This document shows positions 52,005-62,776 of a DNA stretch of 64,000 nucleotides, piece by piece (the stretch's first letter is position 1; each line of letters starts with the position of its first letter). The stretch is from Spirochaetia bacterium (GTDB lineage Bacteria; Spirochaetota; Spirochaetia; SZUA-6; Bin103). The position numbers and the translations under genes were made by a program. Location of the stretch: positions 7,616,001-7,680,000 of the forward strand of contig CBDBDQ010000005.1 of NCBI GenBank assembly GCA_965203905.1, read 5' to 3'. The notes under the pieces are model-generated. The model had not been told where the DNA came from. It searched no databases and saw nothing but the letters and a program-made list of their open reading frames with translations.

Positions 52005-52269
52005 TTCGGCGCCCCCGCCGGGGCACGGTACGACGGATGAAGAAAACCCCTCAGCCGCGCCGGTGGTTTGTCGCGGCGCGGGGAGTGCTCCGAGGCGAAT
52101 AGTCCCCTCAGTCTGATCCGGCTCCGGTTTCGGTGTGACGTTTCTTCCACAAGCGGACCGTGAAGCGGTTCTTCTCTTCGAGAAGCGTCTGGTTGCGCGC
52201 AGAACGCATCCCGATCTTCATTCCTGCTCCTGGATATCGCCAGTGGGAGGTGCTAGCCCAGGTCGCAAC

Positions 52270-53721
52270 TCAGCGGAAGGCGGCGTTGCCGATTCGTACC
52301 AGGGGTGGCGTCGCGCCGGCCGGCGCCGGGGTGGCGGAGGCCAGGTCGTAGGCGAACACCGCGATCCCGCCGACCCCGATGGCGCGTGCCAGGTGGATCT
52401 GCCGTACGGTACGTTCCACCGGGTTGCGATAGGCGCCGACACCGGCCCACACCCGGCCCGGTGCTCCCGCCGTGGTCAGCGCCGCGTCGATCCAGCCGTG
52501 AAACAGCTCGTCGTCGCCGGTGTACGCCATCGGTACGGCGACGTCGATGATGCCGTCGGCCAACCAGGAGGCCCAATCCTGGAACTGCCACCTTGCCGCG
52601 GCGCGCCAATCGGGGAGCACGGCCGCGGAGACCAGGAGGTGGGGCCGGCGTGCCTTGACATCGCGGTAGACGCGGCGCACCAGATGGGTAACGGTGTCGC
52701 GGCGGAAGCGGTCCCACAACTCGGGCAGCGCGTCGGTCATGGCGTAGGGGTCGTCCGGCAATGCGGCCGCCAGTTCCTCGTAACGCTGGGCGTCGACCAG
52801 AGGCCGCACCCAGGACTGGAACTGCTGCAGGGAGGAACGGGAGTAGTCGTACGCCGAGGTGGCAAGCCGGATGAAGTCGTGGTGGATGCCATCCAGGTCA
52901 TAGCCGGTTGCGAGATCGACCCAGACCCGCTTCAGGCGCTCCTGCACGCCCGGGTGGGAGGGACTGGTATACAGCCCTTCCACCACCGCGCTGTTGCCCG
53001 CCGCGTAGTCGATCAACCGCTGTACGTACCTCGGATCACGCGGGTCGCGATCGTACAGTCGATGGCCCAGAACGCGCGGCACCGCCAGCCACTCGGGGTG
53101 AGCATTTACCAGGTGGTGGGGGTCGCGGGGCAGCTCGGCCGCAGCCCAGACCAGGTGCGCGTTCACCCAGGCATGCACCGCCAGCCCGCGCGGGTGCGCT
53201 TCCTCGATTACCAGTTGCAGCGGATCGAATCCCGGTTGGTGCCTCAGGAACTCCGGGCGCGGCTCCCGCAGTGAGCGGTACAGTGCGTCGCCGCGGCCGC
53301 GCACCTGGACGAACAACGTGTTGAATCCGCAGGCAGCGGCCTGTTCCACCAGCGCCCGCACCGCGGCCGGACTGTCGAGCGAGGTGCGCGCCACCCAGAG
53401 CGCGCGCACTTCGTCGAACTGCCGCGGGGGCAGCCGCGGTTCGGCGGTGGCGGTCACGCTCGGACGCATGGCCGGTGGGGCTGTCGCGCAGGAGGTCAGC
53501 AGCGGGATACCAAACAACAGGCCGGCAACCGCCGCGCGTAGCGGGACCGACGTTAGCGCGTTCGTTCTGCGGTTGCGAGCACGCAAAGGCAGGTCCCGGC
53601 GCGCCGCGAGGCCACCGTCCACCGCTACTGACGCGGCGGCGGCCAGCGCGAAATCCGTTCGGCGGTACCCCCGGCACGGGCACCGCTTCCGATCGGATAG
53701 CGGCAGGGTGGTCAACCGCAT
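52270..53721 (-). CDS. Glycosyl hydrolase-like 10 (YddW/DigH-type) lipoprotein; true start may be downstream
   Basis: LLTSC lipobox, EVRALWV, FNTLFVQVRGRGDA, FDPL, VHAWVN, DGIHHDFIR, QDW, PMAY. Confidence 0.85.
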   Translation of the reverse strand: MRLTTLPLSDRKRCPCRGYRRTDFALAAAASVAVDGGLAARRDLPLRARNRRTNALTSVPLRAAVAGLLFGIPLLTSCATAPPAMRPSVTATAEPRLPPRQFDEVRALWVARTSLDSPAAVRALVEQAAACGFNTLFVQVRGRGDALYRSLREPRPEFLRHQPGFDPLQLVIEEAHPRGLAVHAWVNAHLVWAAAELPRDPHHLVNAHPEWLAVPRVLGHRLYDRDPRDPRYVQRLIDYAAGNSAVVEGLYTSPSHPGVQERLKRVWVDLATGYDLDGIHHDFIRLATSAYDYSRSSLQQFQSWVRPLVDAQRYEELAAALPDDPYAMTDALPELWDRFRRDTVTHLVRRVYRDVKARRPHLLVSAAVLPDWRAAARWQFQDWASWLADGIIDVAVPMAYTGDDELFHGWIDAALTTAGAPGRVWAGVGAYRNPVERTVRQIHLARAIGVGGIAVFAYDLASATPAPAGATPPLVRIGNAAFR

Positions 53722-54309
53722 TGGTGGCGGTGCCGCTCCAAAACCAGGTCGGAAGGGTCCCGGAAGGTCCTCGATATCACATGGAAATTGTAGCCGATAA
53801 TTGCTGGGGAATCGAGTTCCTTTGTACTTTCTTTGGGGCGTCTCAACGTAAGCCGACAGGCGGCTAGGCCATTGCTAAAGCTGTCCGAAAGGCGGCGCTT
53901 TTTGGGATACGTAGAACGCAAGACTTGAATACGATTTGGGGTGCGTAAACAACCAATTACGGAGCGCCTATTGCTACGCGCCGATGGTGATCCTGCAAAC
54001 CGTGCTACGCAAAATAGAGATCAATTTCCTGTCGGCTTCAGAGGTGTCTCGAAAGGCATCCACGGCACTTGGATGGTAACCGCGGGAACTCAAAACGGTC
54101 GCGCTTTTGCCGCAGTGGCGCGACGGGAACTGCTGCCGGACACCGCTCCGGTGTTTGCCGCCGGGGCGGTATGCCGGCGTCGCGACGCCCGGCGGCCAGC
54201 CCGCACTCCCCGCCAGGCTGCACACAGGTGTGCTTTCGGTTACCGCGGTAAAGCCTTGCATTCGGCCTGCCGACCATGGGACTGGGAGGGGCCACCGGGG
54301 AGGAATCTT

Positions 54310-54453
54310 ATGATCGATCGAGACCTGCTCGCCCTCGCAGCCGTGTTCGGGGTGATGTCACTCCTGATCATGGCGGCTGCGCTCCGCGGCCGACTGATCC
54401 GGCAATCGGACCGCCGGCGCCGCAATGAATCGCATAACAGACCGATGGACTAG
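54310..54453 (+). CDS. Small single-pass membrane protein
   Basis: GGAGG RBS; one hydrophobic helix then a basic tail. Confidence 0.45.
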   Translation: MIDRDLLALAAVFGVMSLLIMAAALRGRLIRQSDRRRRNESHNRPMD

Positions 54454-54489
54454 GCGCGACGCTGGCGCTCCAGCGGCCGCCTGCGCCGT

Positions 54490-54690
54490 GCGCATCCGTT
54501 GGAGATTCTGGCGAGATGACCGCGACCGAACCGCTTCGTCCGACCGACGGCGGGTCTCTTGATGAGCGCGATTCCATACGCGGCTCGCTCCTCACCAGAC
54601 TGCTCAACTCGACGATGTGTTGCCCGATCATCCAGTAAGCGGCAGTCATGGCCACGTTCACCGAACGGACCGCCGACGTGAATCGTAAAC
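54490..54690 (-). pseudogene. DUF1016 (YhcG) N-terminal fragment
   Basis: AVRSVNVAMTAAYWMIG…EQSGEERAAYG…RFGRG, frameshifted. Confidence 0.7.
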
Positions 54691-54795
54691 CCCGCTCGGT
54701 CAACCGTGAGCCAAACCACATCCACGCTCGGCCGCTGACTTCGCTGGCACGCACCGAGTCGCGTACGGTGAGTGGGATCTGCTAAGGTGGGATCC

Positions 54796-55619
54796 ATGCG
54801 AGCGGGACGTGCGCTGTTGTTCTTCGACGACCAGTACCTGGATCGCCGCGATAACCTGGACCGCCGCCTCGGGCAGCCGGTTCCGGTGCCGGAGGGGAGC
54901 TACCGCGACCCCGACCTGGACCCGTCCTGGGGCTATCCCAGCGTGTTCTTCGAACCCGAGTCGGTGCGCTGGTGCTGCCTCTATCAGGCGCAGCTCCCGC
55001 GCAGCTACGTCCTCCCCAAGGGCAACGCCATGCGCCACCTGCCGCTGATAGTCGAGAGCGACGATGGCGTACACTGGCACCCACCCGACCTGACCTCCGC
55101 GGTACCGATGGAGGATCGGCTGCGCCCGCACCAGGTGATACCGCTGTCCAGCGTCGGGGAGTGGGGGCCCTGTTTCTACGACGACCGGGCCGACAACCCG
55201 GACGAGCGCCTCAAGGCGTTCGTCAGCTTCCGCCATGGAACCGTCTACCTGGAGCCGCCCGGCGGGCCGGCTCGCTTACCACGCGCACGCTGTACCTGCG
55301 CGGCGACCGCCTGACGATCAACGTGCAGGCTCCCCACGGCCGCATCCGGGTGCAGGTCACCGGCCCCGACAGCCGCCCGCTGGACGGTTACGGCTATGAC
55401 GACTGCGCCGGCTTCACCGGCGACTCCCAGGCATGGGAGCCGGTGTGGCGCGGCGGCCGCACCATCGGCGCGCTCAAGGATCAGGTCATTCGCCTGGAGG
55501 TGGAGCTGTCCAACGGCCGCCTCTTTGCGCTGCGCGGCGACCTGCACCCGGCCGTACCGATTGCGGTCCGCGACTGGCAGGAAACCGGCTCCGCCCCGAC
55601 GACGCTGCAGGAAGCCTGA
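54796..55619 (+). pseudogene. Beta-propeller glycosidase-like protein, internally deleted
   Basis: LFFDD…ESDDGVHW…PDERLK joined to a C-terminal module LTINV…G-x-IRVQV…GYGYDDC…GDS. Confidence 0.6.
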
Positions 55620-55656
55620 GCGGAGTCCGCCGCACGCCGCGCACGTTAGAGTTAAA

Positions 55657-56146
55657 CCATAGTGTCCCTAGCCGGACGGGTATGTCAAAAATACTGCTGG
55701 TCCTGGGGTATCAGGAGGCATCGGCAGCTCGAGAATAACGAGAAGCGCTGTTATTGGTGTAAAAGAGAATGCCTATTTTTTTGGCGGCGGAGTCGATTGG
55801 CAGCTCGAGATGGAGAGCATTTATCCGACATGTCCTGCCCAATATTATGCCTATCATATTCGTCATACTTAGCATCAACATCGGGGGCGTGATCCTGAGT
55901 GCGGCTTCTCTGAGCTTCCTCGGATACGGTCTGCCAGCCGAGATTCCTGAGTTGGGACGTCTGCTCAGCCGGGACGGGCGTCAGTACATGGAGATGGCCC
56001 CATGGATGGCTCTCTGGCCCGGGCTTTGCCTGACTGTTGTCGTATACTGTCTCAACATGTTCGGCGACGCCGTGCGGGATCTGCTCGACCCGAGGTTGCG
56101 CGGTGGCGGCGGTCGTCTCGCTGGCAGCGGCGCCGCGTCTGTTTGA
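55657..56146 (+). pseudogene. DppC-like permease C-terminal fragment, inverted relative to the neighbouring operon
   Basis: …GIGSSR…KENAYF(fs)LAAESIG…HVLPNIMP…DLLDPRLRGG. Confidence 0.8.
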
Positions 56147-56802
56147 GAGAGTGCGCGTGCGCTCTGCACCCGGTATCACGCCGGAGGAACGGTGATCTCC
56201 ACCCGTGGCAGCCTCCCTGCAGCCACCGCTGGCATGTAGCTCCCGGCCCGCGACAGGGACGTCGTGGGCTGGGAGCCCGGTGGCTATGGCTAATCTCGAT
56301 CCACTGCGCGAGTCAGAGCTGCACCGGCTGTCTAAAATGGCCTTCGCACTTCGGAAGTAACATCCGCGTCCTATTCCGGAGGCGCGCCCGACCAGGTCGG
56401 CGAGCGCCGGGCGGTGGATAGGCGTGACCTGGCCGGTCAACTCGAAGCGGCGCCAGGCACCGTACTGTCGGCGCATCATCGGGCACCGCAGACCGAGTCG
56501 GCGAAGTGCACAGGTAACTCATCACACGACTGACGCGTCGTCCCACCACTCCTTGTCCACTTCCGTCGTCCGACGATTTCAGGAGCCGTGCGCCTTTCTG
56601 CGTAGAAGCTGGGAATCGTAGTCTCAACGTACACGCGTGGTTTGCTCGCGGCTAAGCATTACCTGACAACAACACCTCTCGTCGCGGGTCGAGCAGGTCG
56701 CGTGCCGCGTCGATCAGACGCAGGTGGACCAGTGGCACGATTGGCGTCGGTGGTCACCCCGTAGCGGGTTGATCAGTCGGGCCAGGAGGCGGCTCGGTTA
56801 CG

Positions 56803-57732
56803 TTAGCGTTTCGTTTTCGCGGTGCCGTAACTGCCGTCTCCGCCGCGCAGCCGGGGGTCGAGCAGGTCCCTGAGGGCATCGCCGAACATGTTGAGACTGT
56901 ACACGACAATCGTCAGGAACAACCCCGGCCAGAGCGCCAGCCAGGGCGCCTGCTCCATGTACTGTCGCCCTTCCGTGCTGAGCAGGCTGCCCCAGTCGGG
57001 ACTCCCGGGGGGCAGACCGAAGCCGAGGAAACTCAGCGAAGCCAGGCTCAGGATGTGGCCTCCGATGCTGATGCTGAAAACGATGATCACGACCGGCATG
57101 ATATTGGGCACGACATGCCGGACCAGGGTTCTGACCTTGGGCTTGCCAATCGCCTCCGCCGCCAGAAAATAGTCATTCTCCTTGATCGCGATCACGGCGC
57201 TCCTGATTACTCGCGAGCCGCCGATGCCGCCGCTTATCCCCATGACCAGTATGATCTGTGGTATACCCGGCCCCACTATCGACATTATGGTCAACAGCAG
57301 CAGCAGGCCCGGAAAGACTATCCAGGCATCGACAAACCTCTGCACCAAGATGTCGAACTTGCCACCGAGGAATCCGGAAGTGCCGCCGATCAGGGTACTG
57401 ATCACCGTACTCAGAGCGGTGATGGAAAGACCGATCAGTATCGAAAGACGACCCCCCAGGATCAGGCGGCTCAGGAAGTCTCGGCCGACGTGGTCTGTCC
57501 CCAGGAGATACTGGGCGGATGAGCCCTGAAACCGGTCTCGCAAGTGGATTTCGGAAGGGGGGTAGGGGGTCAGCGCATCGGCGAAGATCGCCACCAGGAT
57601 CCAGATCAGGATGATCAACCCGCCGAACGCCCCCAGGGGCTTCTCCTTGACCAGCCGGACAAGGAACTCGGTCAGTCGGCCAAATCGTTTGGGCTCACCG
57701 ACGGCGGCTGGCACCGCTGTGGCATGGCGCAT
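56803..57732 (-). CDS. ABC permease (DppC/OppC-like)
   Basis: LGTDHVGRD, AAEAIG, HVVPN, DLLDPR. Confidence 0.92.
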   Translation of the reverse strand: MRHATAVPAAVGEPKRFGRLTEFLVRLVKEKPLGAFGGLIILIWILVAIFADALTPYPPSEIHLRDRFQGSSAQYLLGTDHVGRDFLSRLILGGRLSILIGLSITALSTVISTLIGGTSGFLGGKFDILVQRFVDAWIVFPGLLLLLTIMSIVGPGIPQIILVMGISGGIGGSRVIRSAVIAIKENDYFLAAEAIGKPKVRTLVRHVVPNIMPVVIIVFSISIGGHILSLASLSFLGFGLPPGSPDWGSLLSTEGRQYMEQAPWLALWPGLFLTIVVYSLNMFGDALRDLLDPRLRGGDGSYGTAKTKR

Positions 57733-57755
57733 TGTTATGCTTTTCTCACCAACCA

Positions 57756-58721
57756 CTATCTATACCGCACCCTGGGGTCCAAGTAGGGATACATCAGGTC
57801 GGTCATGAGAATGCTCACCATCACTATGGAGGCGTAGAACATGTTGACTCCGGACACCACCGGGTAGTCTCGGAGTTGCAGCGCATTCAGCAGGAGGCGG
57901 CCGATCCCCGGCAGGTTGAAGATGTGCTCCATGATCACCGAGCCTCCGATCAGGAGCGGCAACTGCATGCCGATCAGGGTCACGACCGGGATCAGCGCAT
58001 TCTTGATGGCGTGTCTCACAACCACCACCCGCTCGGTGAGCCCCTTGGACCAGGCGGTGCGGACATAATCCAGCCGGAGCACTTCCAGCATCGTGGTGCG
58101 CATCATCCGCATGGTGCTGGCAGAAGCGGCCGTCCCCAGAATCAGGCTGGGGATGAGGAGCACGCCGAGATTGCCCAGCGGGTCTTCGCTGAGCGGAACC
58201 CACCTCATCGGGGGCGACCAGCCCCACCAGATGGCAGGGAAGATCATCACCATCAGGGCCAGCCAGAAGTTGGGCGCGGCCAGACCGAGGATGGCGAGGG
58301 AGCGCCCGGCGTAGTCGGCGACGCTATCCTGGCGCACCGCCGAATAGATGCCGACCGGCAGCGCGATCACCAACCCGATGACGATGGCCAGGATACCCAG
58401 TTCCAGGGTGACCGGCAGTCTCTCGATGATCCCCTTCTCCACCGGCCAATTCCCCATCAGTGACGTGCCAAGGCTGCCGTGCAGGAAAATACCTCCCATC
58501 CAGCGTCCATACTGCACCCAGACCGGCACGTCCAGTCCCAGCATGCGCTCCAGCGTTTCCCGGTCGAACCCCTCCCCGGTACCGCCGGCCACCACCGTCA
58601 TTGACTCCATGACGTCGATCACGTCACCGGGGATGAAGCGCACCGAGAGAAACACGATGATGCTCAGCAAGAACAGGGTGGGGATGATCAGTAATAGTCG
58701 CCTGATGATATAGGCTCTCAT
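57756..58721 (-). CDS. ABC permease (DppB/OppB-like)
   Basis: MRAYIIRRLL, DYVRTAWSKGL, RDYP, DPRVRY. Confidence 0.92.
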   Translation of the reverse strand: MRAYIIRRLLLIIPTLFLLSIIVFLSVRFIPGDVIDVMESMTVVAGGTGEGFDRETLERMLGLDVPVWVQYGRWMGGIFLHGSLGTSLMGNWPVEKGIIERLPVTLELGILAIVIGLVIALPVGIYSAVRQDSVADYAGRSLAILGLAAPNFWLALMVMIFPAIWWGWSPPMRWVPLSEDPLGNLGVLLIPSLILGTAASASTMRMMRTTMLEVLRLDYVRTAWSKGLTERVVVVRHAIKNALIPVVTLIGMQLPLLIGGSVIMEHIFNLPGIGRLLLNALQLRDYPVVSGVNMFYASIVMVSILMTDLMYPYLDPRVRYR

Positions 58722-58752
58722 CTCGCACACCTCATCGCGGCGTAATCCCGAA

Positions 58753-58800
58753 GTGGACCGGGGCAGGCAGGCAGTATTGCTGCGCTGCTGCCCGGTCCAC
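58753..58800 (-). terminator. Stem-loop between SBP and permease genes
   Basis: GTGGACCGGG…CCCGGTCCAC inverted repeat. Confidence 0.6.
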
Positions 58801-58822
58801 GTGCCTACTTCCAGTCGGCCTG

Positions 58823-60616
58823 CTACTGGCTCATGGCCTTCAAGTCCTGGTCAATCCAGAGACGGGCGTAGATGGGAGCGCTGTTGCACTGGTTGCACAA
58901 CTCGCCTTCACCGTTGTAACCGATGACCCATGGCTGCGCCGCGGTGAACTGCGGGATCTTGGGACCCCATATGATCTCGTGCTTCTCTATCATGAGCATG
59001 TCGCACTCTTTGACCAGCCGCGCCTCCTCCTCATAGGTGGTGGCGGCGACGATCGCTTCATGCAATGCCGTTTGCGCCGGATCATCCGGAACCAACATGT
59101 AATGCGTCGCATTCGTGTAGCACATGCCGGCAGGGGGATAGTCCAGGCCCAAGAACCCCATCGATAACCCGGGCCAAGTCGCTTCCCTGGCATGGACCAT
59201 CCACGTAGGATGGTCCATTGGGTCCTTCTCCGCGGCAATGCCAACCTCGGCCAGATAGGCAATGACGATGTCGTAATAGCCCGAATCGTGGTAGGAACCG
59301 ACGAATACCATGGGCAGCTCGAATCTCGTGCCGTCCTCGCCGCGCGGATACCCCGCCTCGTCGAGCAGCCGTTCGGCACCCTCCGGGTCGTAGCGCCAGT
59401 ACTGCTTGATCTCCTCGGGCCACTCTTCGAACGGGTTGTTGTACCCGCCGAGGATACCGTCTCCGATGCGCCCCTGGGGCTCCCACTTGCCATGACCCCT
59501 GAAGTAGGTCTCGTTGACGGTCTCAAGATCCAGGGCCATCTGTATGGCGTGCCGCACCCGGATGTCGTCGGTGGGCGAGGGCACGAACGGATTGTACGCC
59601 CGGTAACTGTAGTTCGACCGATAATCCCACGGGTAGAGCCTGATTTCGGGGTTGGTCTCCGCCAGGCTTTCCGCCATTTCGACATTGGCAAAGGCAGCCG
59701 CCGTGATGAGCATGTCAAGCTTGCCCGAACGCAGTGCCGCGGCGACGGTTGCCGGTTCCCGAATGATCAGGTTCGTCAACTCGTCGGTATAGGGCAAGCG
59801 GTTCTCGGGGTACTTCTCGTCGGTGCCCCAGTAGTTGGGATTCCTGGTGTAGGTTATCGAGCTCTCCTCGACCCAGTCCGTTATCTCATAGGGCCCGGTG
59901 CCCACCAGGTTCTGCCAGTCCGCTCTGTTGATGTTGCCGTCTCGCTTGATTACCTCCGGGGGCATCATGTGAGCATTGTTGGCGATCTTCAACGGCCCAT
60001 CGAGGATTGGATGCCGCAACTTGAACACCACCGTCCTCTGGTCGGGGGCCGTTACCGACTCGAGCGGCAGGGCCGCGCTGCGCCCCCCCGTATAGCTAGG
60101 GCTCGGTTCGCTAAAGCCACTGCCCAGACCGAGAAAACGGTGATAGTTGAATACGATGTCATCGGCAGTCAGCTTCCGACCGTTCATCGGTTCCTTGTCG
60201 TGCCAGTGAACGCCCTCGCGGATGCGGAATACGTAGGTCAGCGGGTCGGAAACGTCCCAGCTCTCCGCGAGCTGACCGGTCAGGACAGAGGTCGGCAGAT
60301 ACACCGGCGCAAAGTCGAACGTGTCCCGGCTTATTCCCCAGTCCGCGATGGCGAGCGTCTCGTTGACGCCGCCGATGAAATACGCCGCCCCGCAGCAATA
60401 GGCTGCGTCTATCGAGTTCTCTGCATATCCCGGCTGGGAATAGGTAATTGTTCCGCCGTATTGTGGCGCCGTCACCATCTTTCCGGTGGTGGGGTCGGTC
60501 ACCATTTCCTTCTCGGCGGCGGCCGCCGGTGCCTCTTCGCTGGCAGCGGCCCAGAGGCCGGTCGCGGTCAGAACGAGAACCAGCGCAACCGCGAAGGTCT
60601 TTGTTGCAATGTGCAT
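58823..60616 (-). CDS. ABC solute-binding protein family 5
   Basis: LAESW, IREGVHWH, GTGPY, RNPNYW, DIRVRHA, AERLLDEAG. Confidence 0.92.
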   Translation of the reverse strand: MHIATKTFAVALVLVLTATGLWAAASEEAPAAAAEKEMVTDPTTGKMVTAPQYGGTITYSQPGYAENSIDAAYCCGAAYFIGGVNETLAIADWGISRDTFDFAPVYLPTSVLTGQLAESWDVSDPLTYVFRIREGVHWHDKEPMNGRKLTADDIVFNYHRFLGLGSGFSEPSPSYTGGRSAALPLESVTAPDQRTVVFKLRHPILDGPLKIANNAHMMPPEVIKRDGNINRADWQNLVGTGPYEITDWVEESSITYTRNPNYWGTDEKYPENRLPYTDELTNLIIREPATVAAALRSGKLDMLITAAAFANVEMAESLAETNPEIRLYPWDYRSNYSYRAYNPFVPSPTDDIRVRHAIQMALDLETVNETYFRGHGKWEPQGRIGDGILGGYNNPFEEWPEEIKQYWRYDPEGAERLLDEAGYPRGEDGTRFELPMVFVGSYHDSGYYDIVIAYLAEVGIAAEKDPMDHPTWMVHAREATWPGLSMGFLGLDYPPAGMCYTNATHYMLVPDDPAQTALHEAIVAATTYEEEARLVKECDMLMIEKHEIIWGPKIPQFTAAQPWVIGYNGEGELCNQCNSAPIYARLWIDQDLKAMSQ

Positions 60617-60621
60617 AACTC

Positions 60622-61037
60622 ACTCCAGGTGTTTGATTCTGAGAGTAGTGCGTAGCGAATTGCCGCACCCTGCGCTCTCAGCGCCCGCAACGCGGGCGGC
60701 AAACAGAGACGACAATGTGAATCTGTGTAGCGTGAGGCTGTGTCGCGCGCGGCGTGCGACTCATGGATTTACGCCGCGCGCGCGTGTGGTTCTTTGAGTA
60801 TCAATCTGCACCACCTGTGCGCCGGGTTGACCGGCAGGGCCGGCGGTCGGTTCAGCGACGGTGAGTCGGGGAACGGGGTGCCAAGACGGTTGCGGTGGTC
60901 GATGAACGAACGTGGACTGAGCCGACGCCACACGGAGCCGGCGGCTTGCCAGGCGCTGAAGGCGAAGGCGCCCGCAAGGCGAGCAACCCGTGCGGTTAGT
61001 GATCTACGGGATGTACGAAAGTCCCAGGGGGGGGGAT
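60622..61037. repeat. Conserved non-coding element upstream of SBP operon 2
   Basis: Two blocks matching 26136-26305 and 26505-26663. Confidence 0.8.
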
Positions 61038-61297
61038 GTACCGGCGGCGTCACCGGCAAACCGGTCACTGCGCTGGCTGTCGTCGTGCCGCATCATCAGC
61101 ATCCGTCGATCCCCGACGATTGGATTCTCCCATGCCGGTGGCAGACTGTCAACTGCACCGGCACCGCACCGGCACCGGCACCGGCGTGCGCGGCGTGAGG
61201 GCCGATGGGATTCGTCGTGTGATAGTGTCGTATAGTGTCGGTGTTCTTCGAGGCGGCCGCACCGGCAGCCGGGTTGCCAACGAGGAGGGTTCACCGC

Positions 61298-61705
61298 GTG
61301 CCTGCTGAACTGGAGACGATCATCGAGGTGCTGGAGTCGGATTGCGATCGGCTCGGGCATCTGAACCACGTGCAAGCGGTCAGGATGCTGGAGCGTGCGC
61401 GCGGCCACTGGTACGCCGCCAACGGCCTGCGCGACGCCGGCAGGAACTACGTCCCGGTGGTGGTCAACATCAACTACAACTATCGCCGCGAGTGTTTCCT
61501 CGGCGAGCGCCTGCGCGTCATGACGCGGGCGCAGAGACCGGGGCGCAAGAGCTTTACCCTCGGCCACGAGATCATCAAGCCGGACGGCGCCATTGCGCTC
61601 CAGGGAGCGGCCACGAGCGTGATCATGGACCTGGACACGCGGGTGATCGTTACCGTACCCGAGTGCGTGGCCAGCCAGTTGCCGGCGCCGGAGGCGGCGG
61701 AGTGA
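61298..61705 (+). CDS. Acyl-CoA thioesterase (hotdog, 4HBT/FadM-like), copy 1
   Basis: DCDRLGHLNH, ERAR, VVVNINYNYRRE, GRKSF; GAGGAG RBS. Confidence 0.85.
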   Translation: MPAELETIIEVLESDCDRLGHLNHVQAVRMLERARGHWYAANGLRDAGRNYVPVVVNINYNYRRECFLGERLRVMTRAQRPGRKSFTLGHEIIKPDGAIALQGAATSVIMDLDTRVIVTVPECVASQLPAPEAAE

Positions 61706-61910
61706 GTCAGGCGCGCCGGGCGGCAGCCGCGGACGAACGCGAGTACCTCGCCACGGTAGCCGGGCTGGTCGAGCAGGCCTGGCCAGCCGGTGTGCCACGC
61801 GAGGTCCGCTACCCGCTCGGCGAGATCCCGGTGACCGAGCATCTGCGCCACGCCGCTCGCGCGACACCCGACAAGGCGTGCGTCGTCTACTACGGCTATC
61901 GGCTCACCTC
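61702..61910 (+). pseudogene. AMP-binding (acyl-CoA ligase) N-terminal fragment
   Basis: WPAGVPREVRYP…HLRHAARATPDKACVVYYG, then truncated. Confidence 0.65.
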
Positions 61911-61914
61911 CGCC

Positions 61915-62286
61915 CCGCGTCGATCGCCGCCAGGGCGTGGCTCAACCCAGCGCGCGGGTCGCCGGTGGCCTCCACCAGCAACGTCGATGCCGCCGGTAGC
62001 GATCACGCGCACGGCATCGTCGCCCAGGTAGGTGCGCCCGTGGTCGCGCGCGGCCGCGGTCGACGGCGCGGCCAACTGCTCCGCGTCCTAGCCGGCGTCG
62101 GCCAGCAGCCCCCGCACCTTGGGCAGGTTGCGGTCGGCGATCGCTACCACGTACAGGCCCGGGGGCGCGCCGCGCCTGCGCCAGGAACATCGACCCGAAC
62201 TTGCCCGCCCCGATCAGCCCCACCCGCACCGGCCGCCCCTCGGCCGCCCGCCGCTCCAGGCCGCGCGCCAGATTCACCAGATTCAC
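61915..62286 (-). pseudogene. NAD(P)-dependent oxidoreductase (homoserine dehydrogenase-like/SAF type), N-terminal remnant
   Basis: GRPVRVGLIGAGKFGSMFLAQ, frameshifts and in-frame stop. Confidence 0.7.
62119..62186. repeat. ~67-bp direct repeat, left copy
   Basis: Near-identical to 63334-63400. Confidence 0.85.
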
Positions 62287-62434
62287 CGCCGCACCTCCCC
62301 GGTCATCGGTATTGGTCAGTATTGTAGTGGGCCTGCGCCGTGAGCGCCGGCGGGATTCACCGTGTGATAAGGCTTGGCACCGCTGACGAATCGATCCATA
62401 CTTATCAACCGTCCGACCAGTGCGCAGGGGAGAT

Positions 62435-62776
62435 ATGGATCTAGGGAACGAAACGGAACGGAGTCTTGTTGAGCTGAATGTGGAGCTGTCCCGTAGCGGT
62501 GACCCTGCCCGCGTCCGCTATATGGTGATCGAGCCTGATCCGGATTGGGACGGCGAGTGGATGGTGACGACGGTCTGGGAACTTCCGCCGCCGGATCCGG
62601 GACGTGAGGTGTGGCCGCATCACAAGCTCATGGAGTACGAGCAGATGCTGGCGGATCGATTGGTCGGAGTCGCCAGTACATCATGTTTGTTCCGTACCGC
62701 GAAAACCGTTGCCAAAGCATTCCGAAATGCCCGAGCTGTTCCTGAGGGTGCCGAAAAAGTCCCGGAGAGCCGGTGA
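62435..62776 (+). CDS. Hypothetical protein, divergent MNT-like partner of HEPN
   Basis: GGAG RBS; DPDWDGE motif; GTGA overlap with next gene. Confidence 0.6.
   Translation: MDLGNETERSLVELNVELSRSGDPARVRYMVIEPDPDWDGEWMVTTVWELPPPDPGREVWPHHKLMEYEQMLADRLVGVASTSCLFRTAKTVAKAFRNARAVPEGAEKVPESR

Noticed and set aside
53870-54015. c-di-GMP-I or c-di-AMP riboswitch (GCAAAC, GAAA loop, ACGCAAA, TTTGGGG pieces)
   Set aside because: Pieces are not in the required order or spacing
56150-56800. Intergenic stretch with several short ORFs
   Set aside because: Probably decayed coding DNA; no family or structure recognisable
61155-61185. GCACCG hexamer run
   Set aside because: Short imperfect simple repeat in GC-rich DNA with no evident link to a gene
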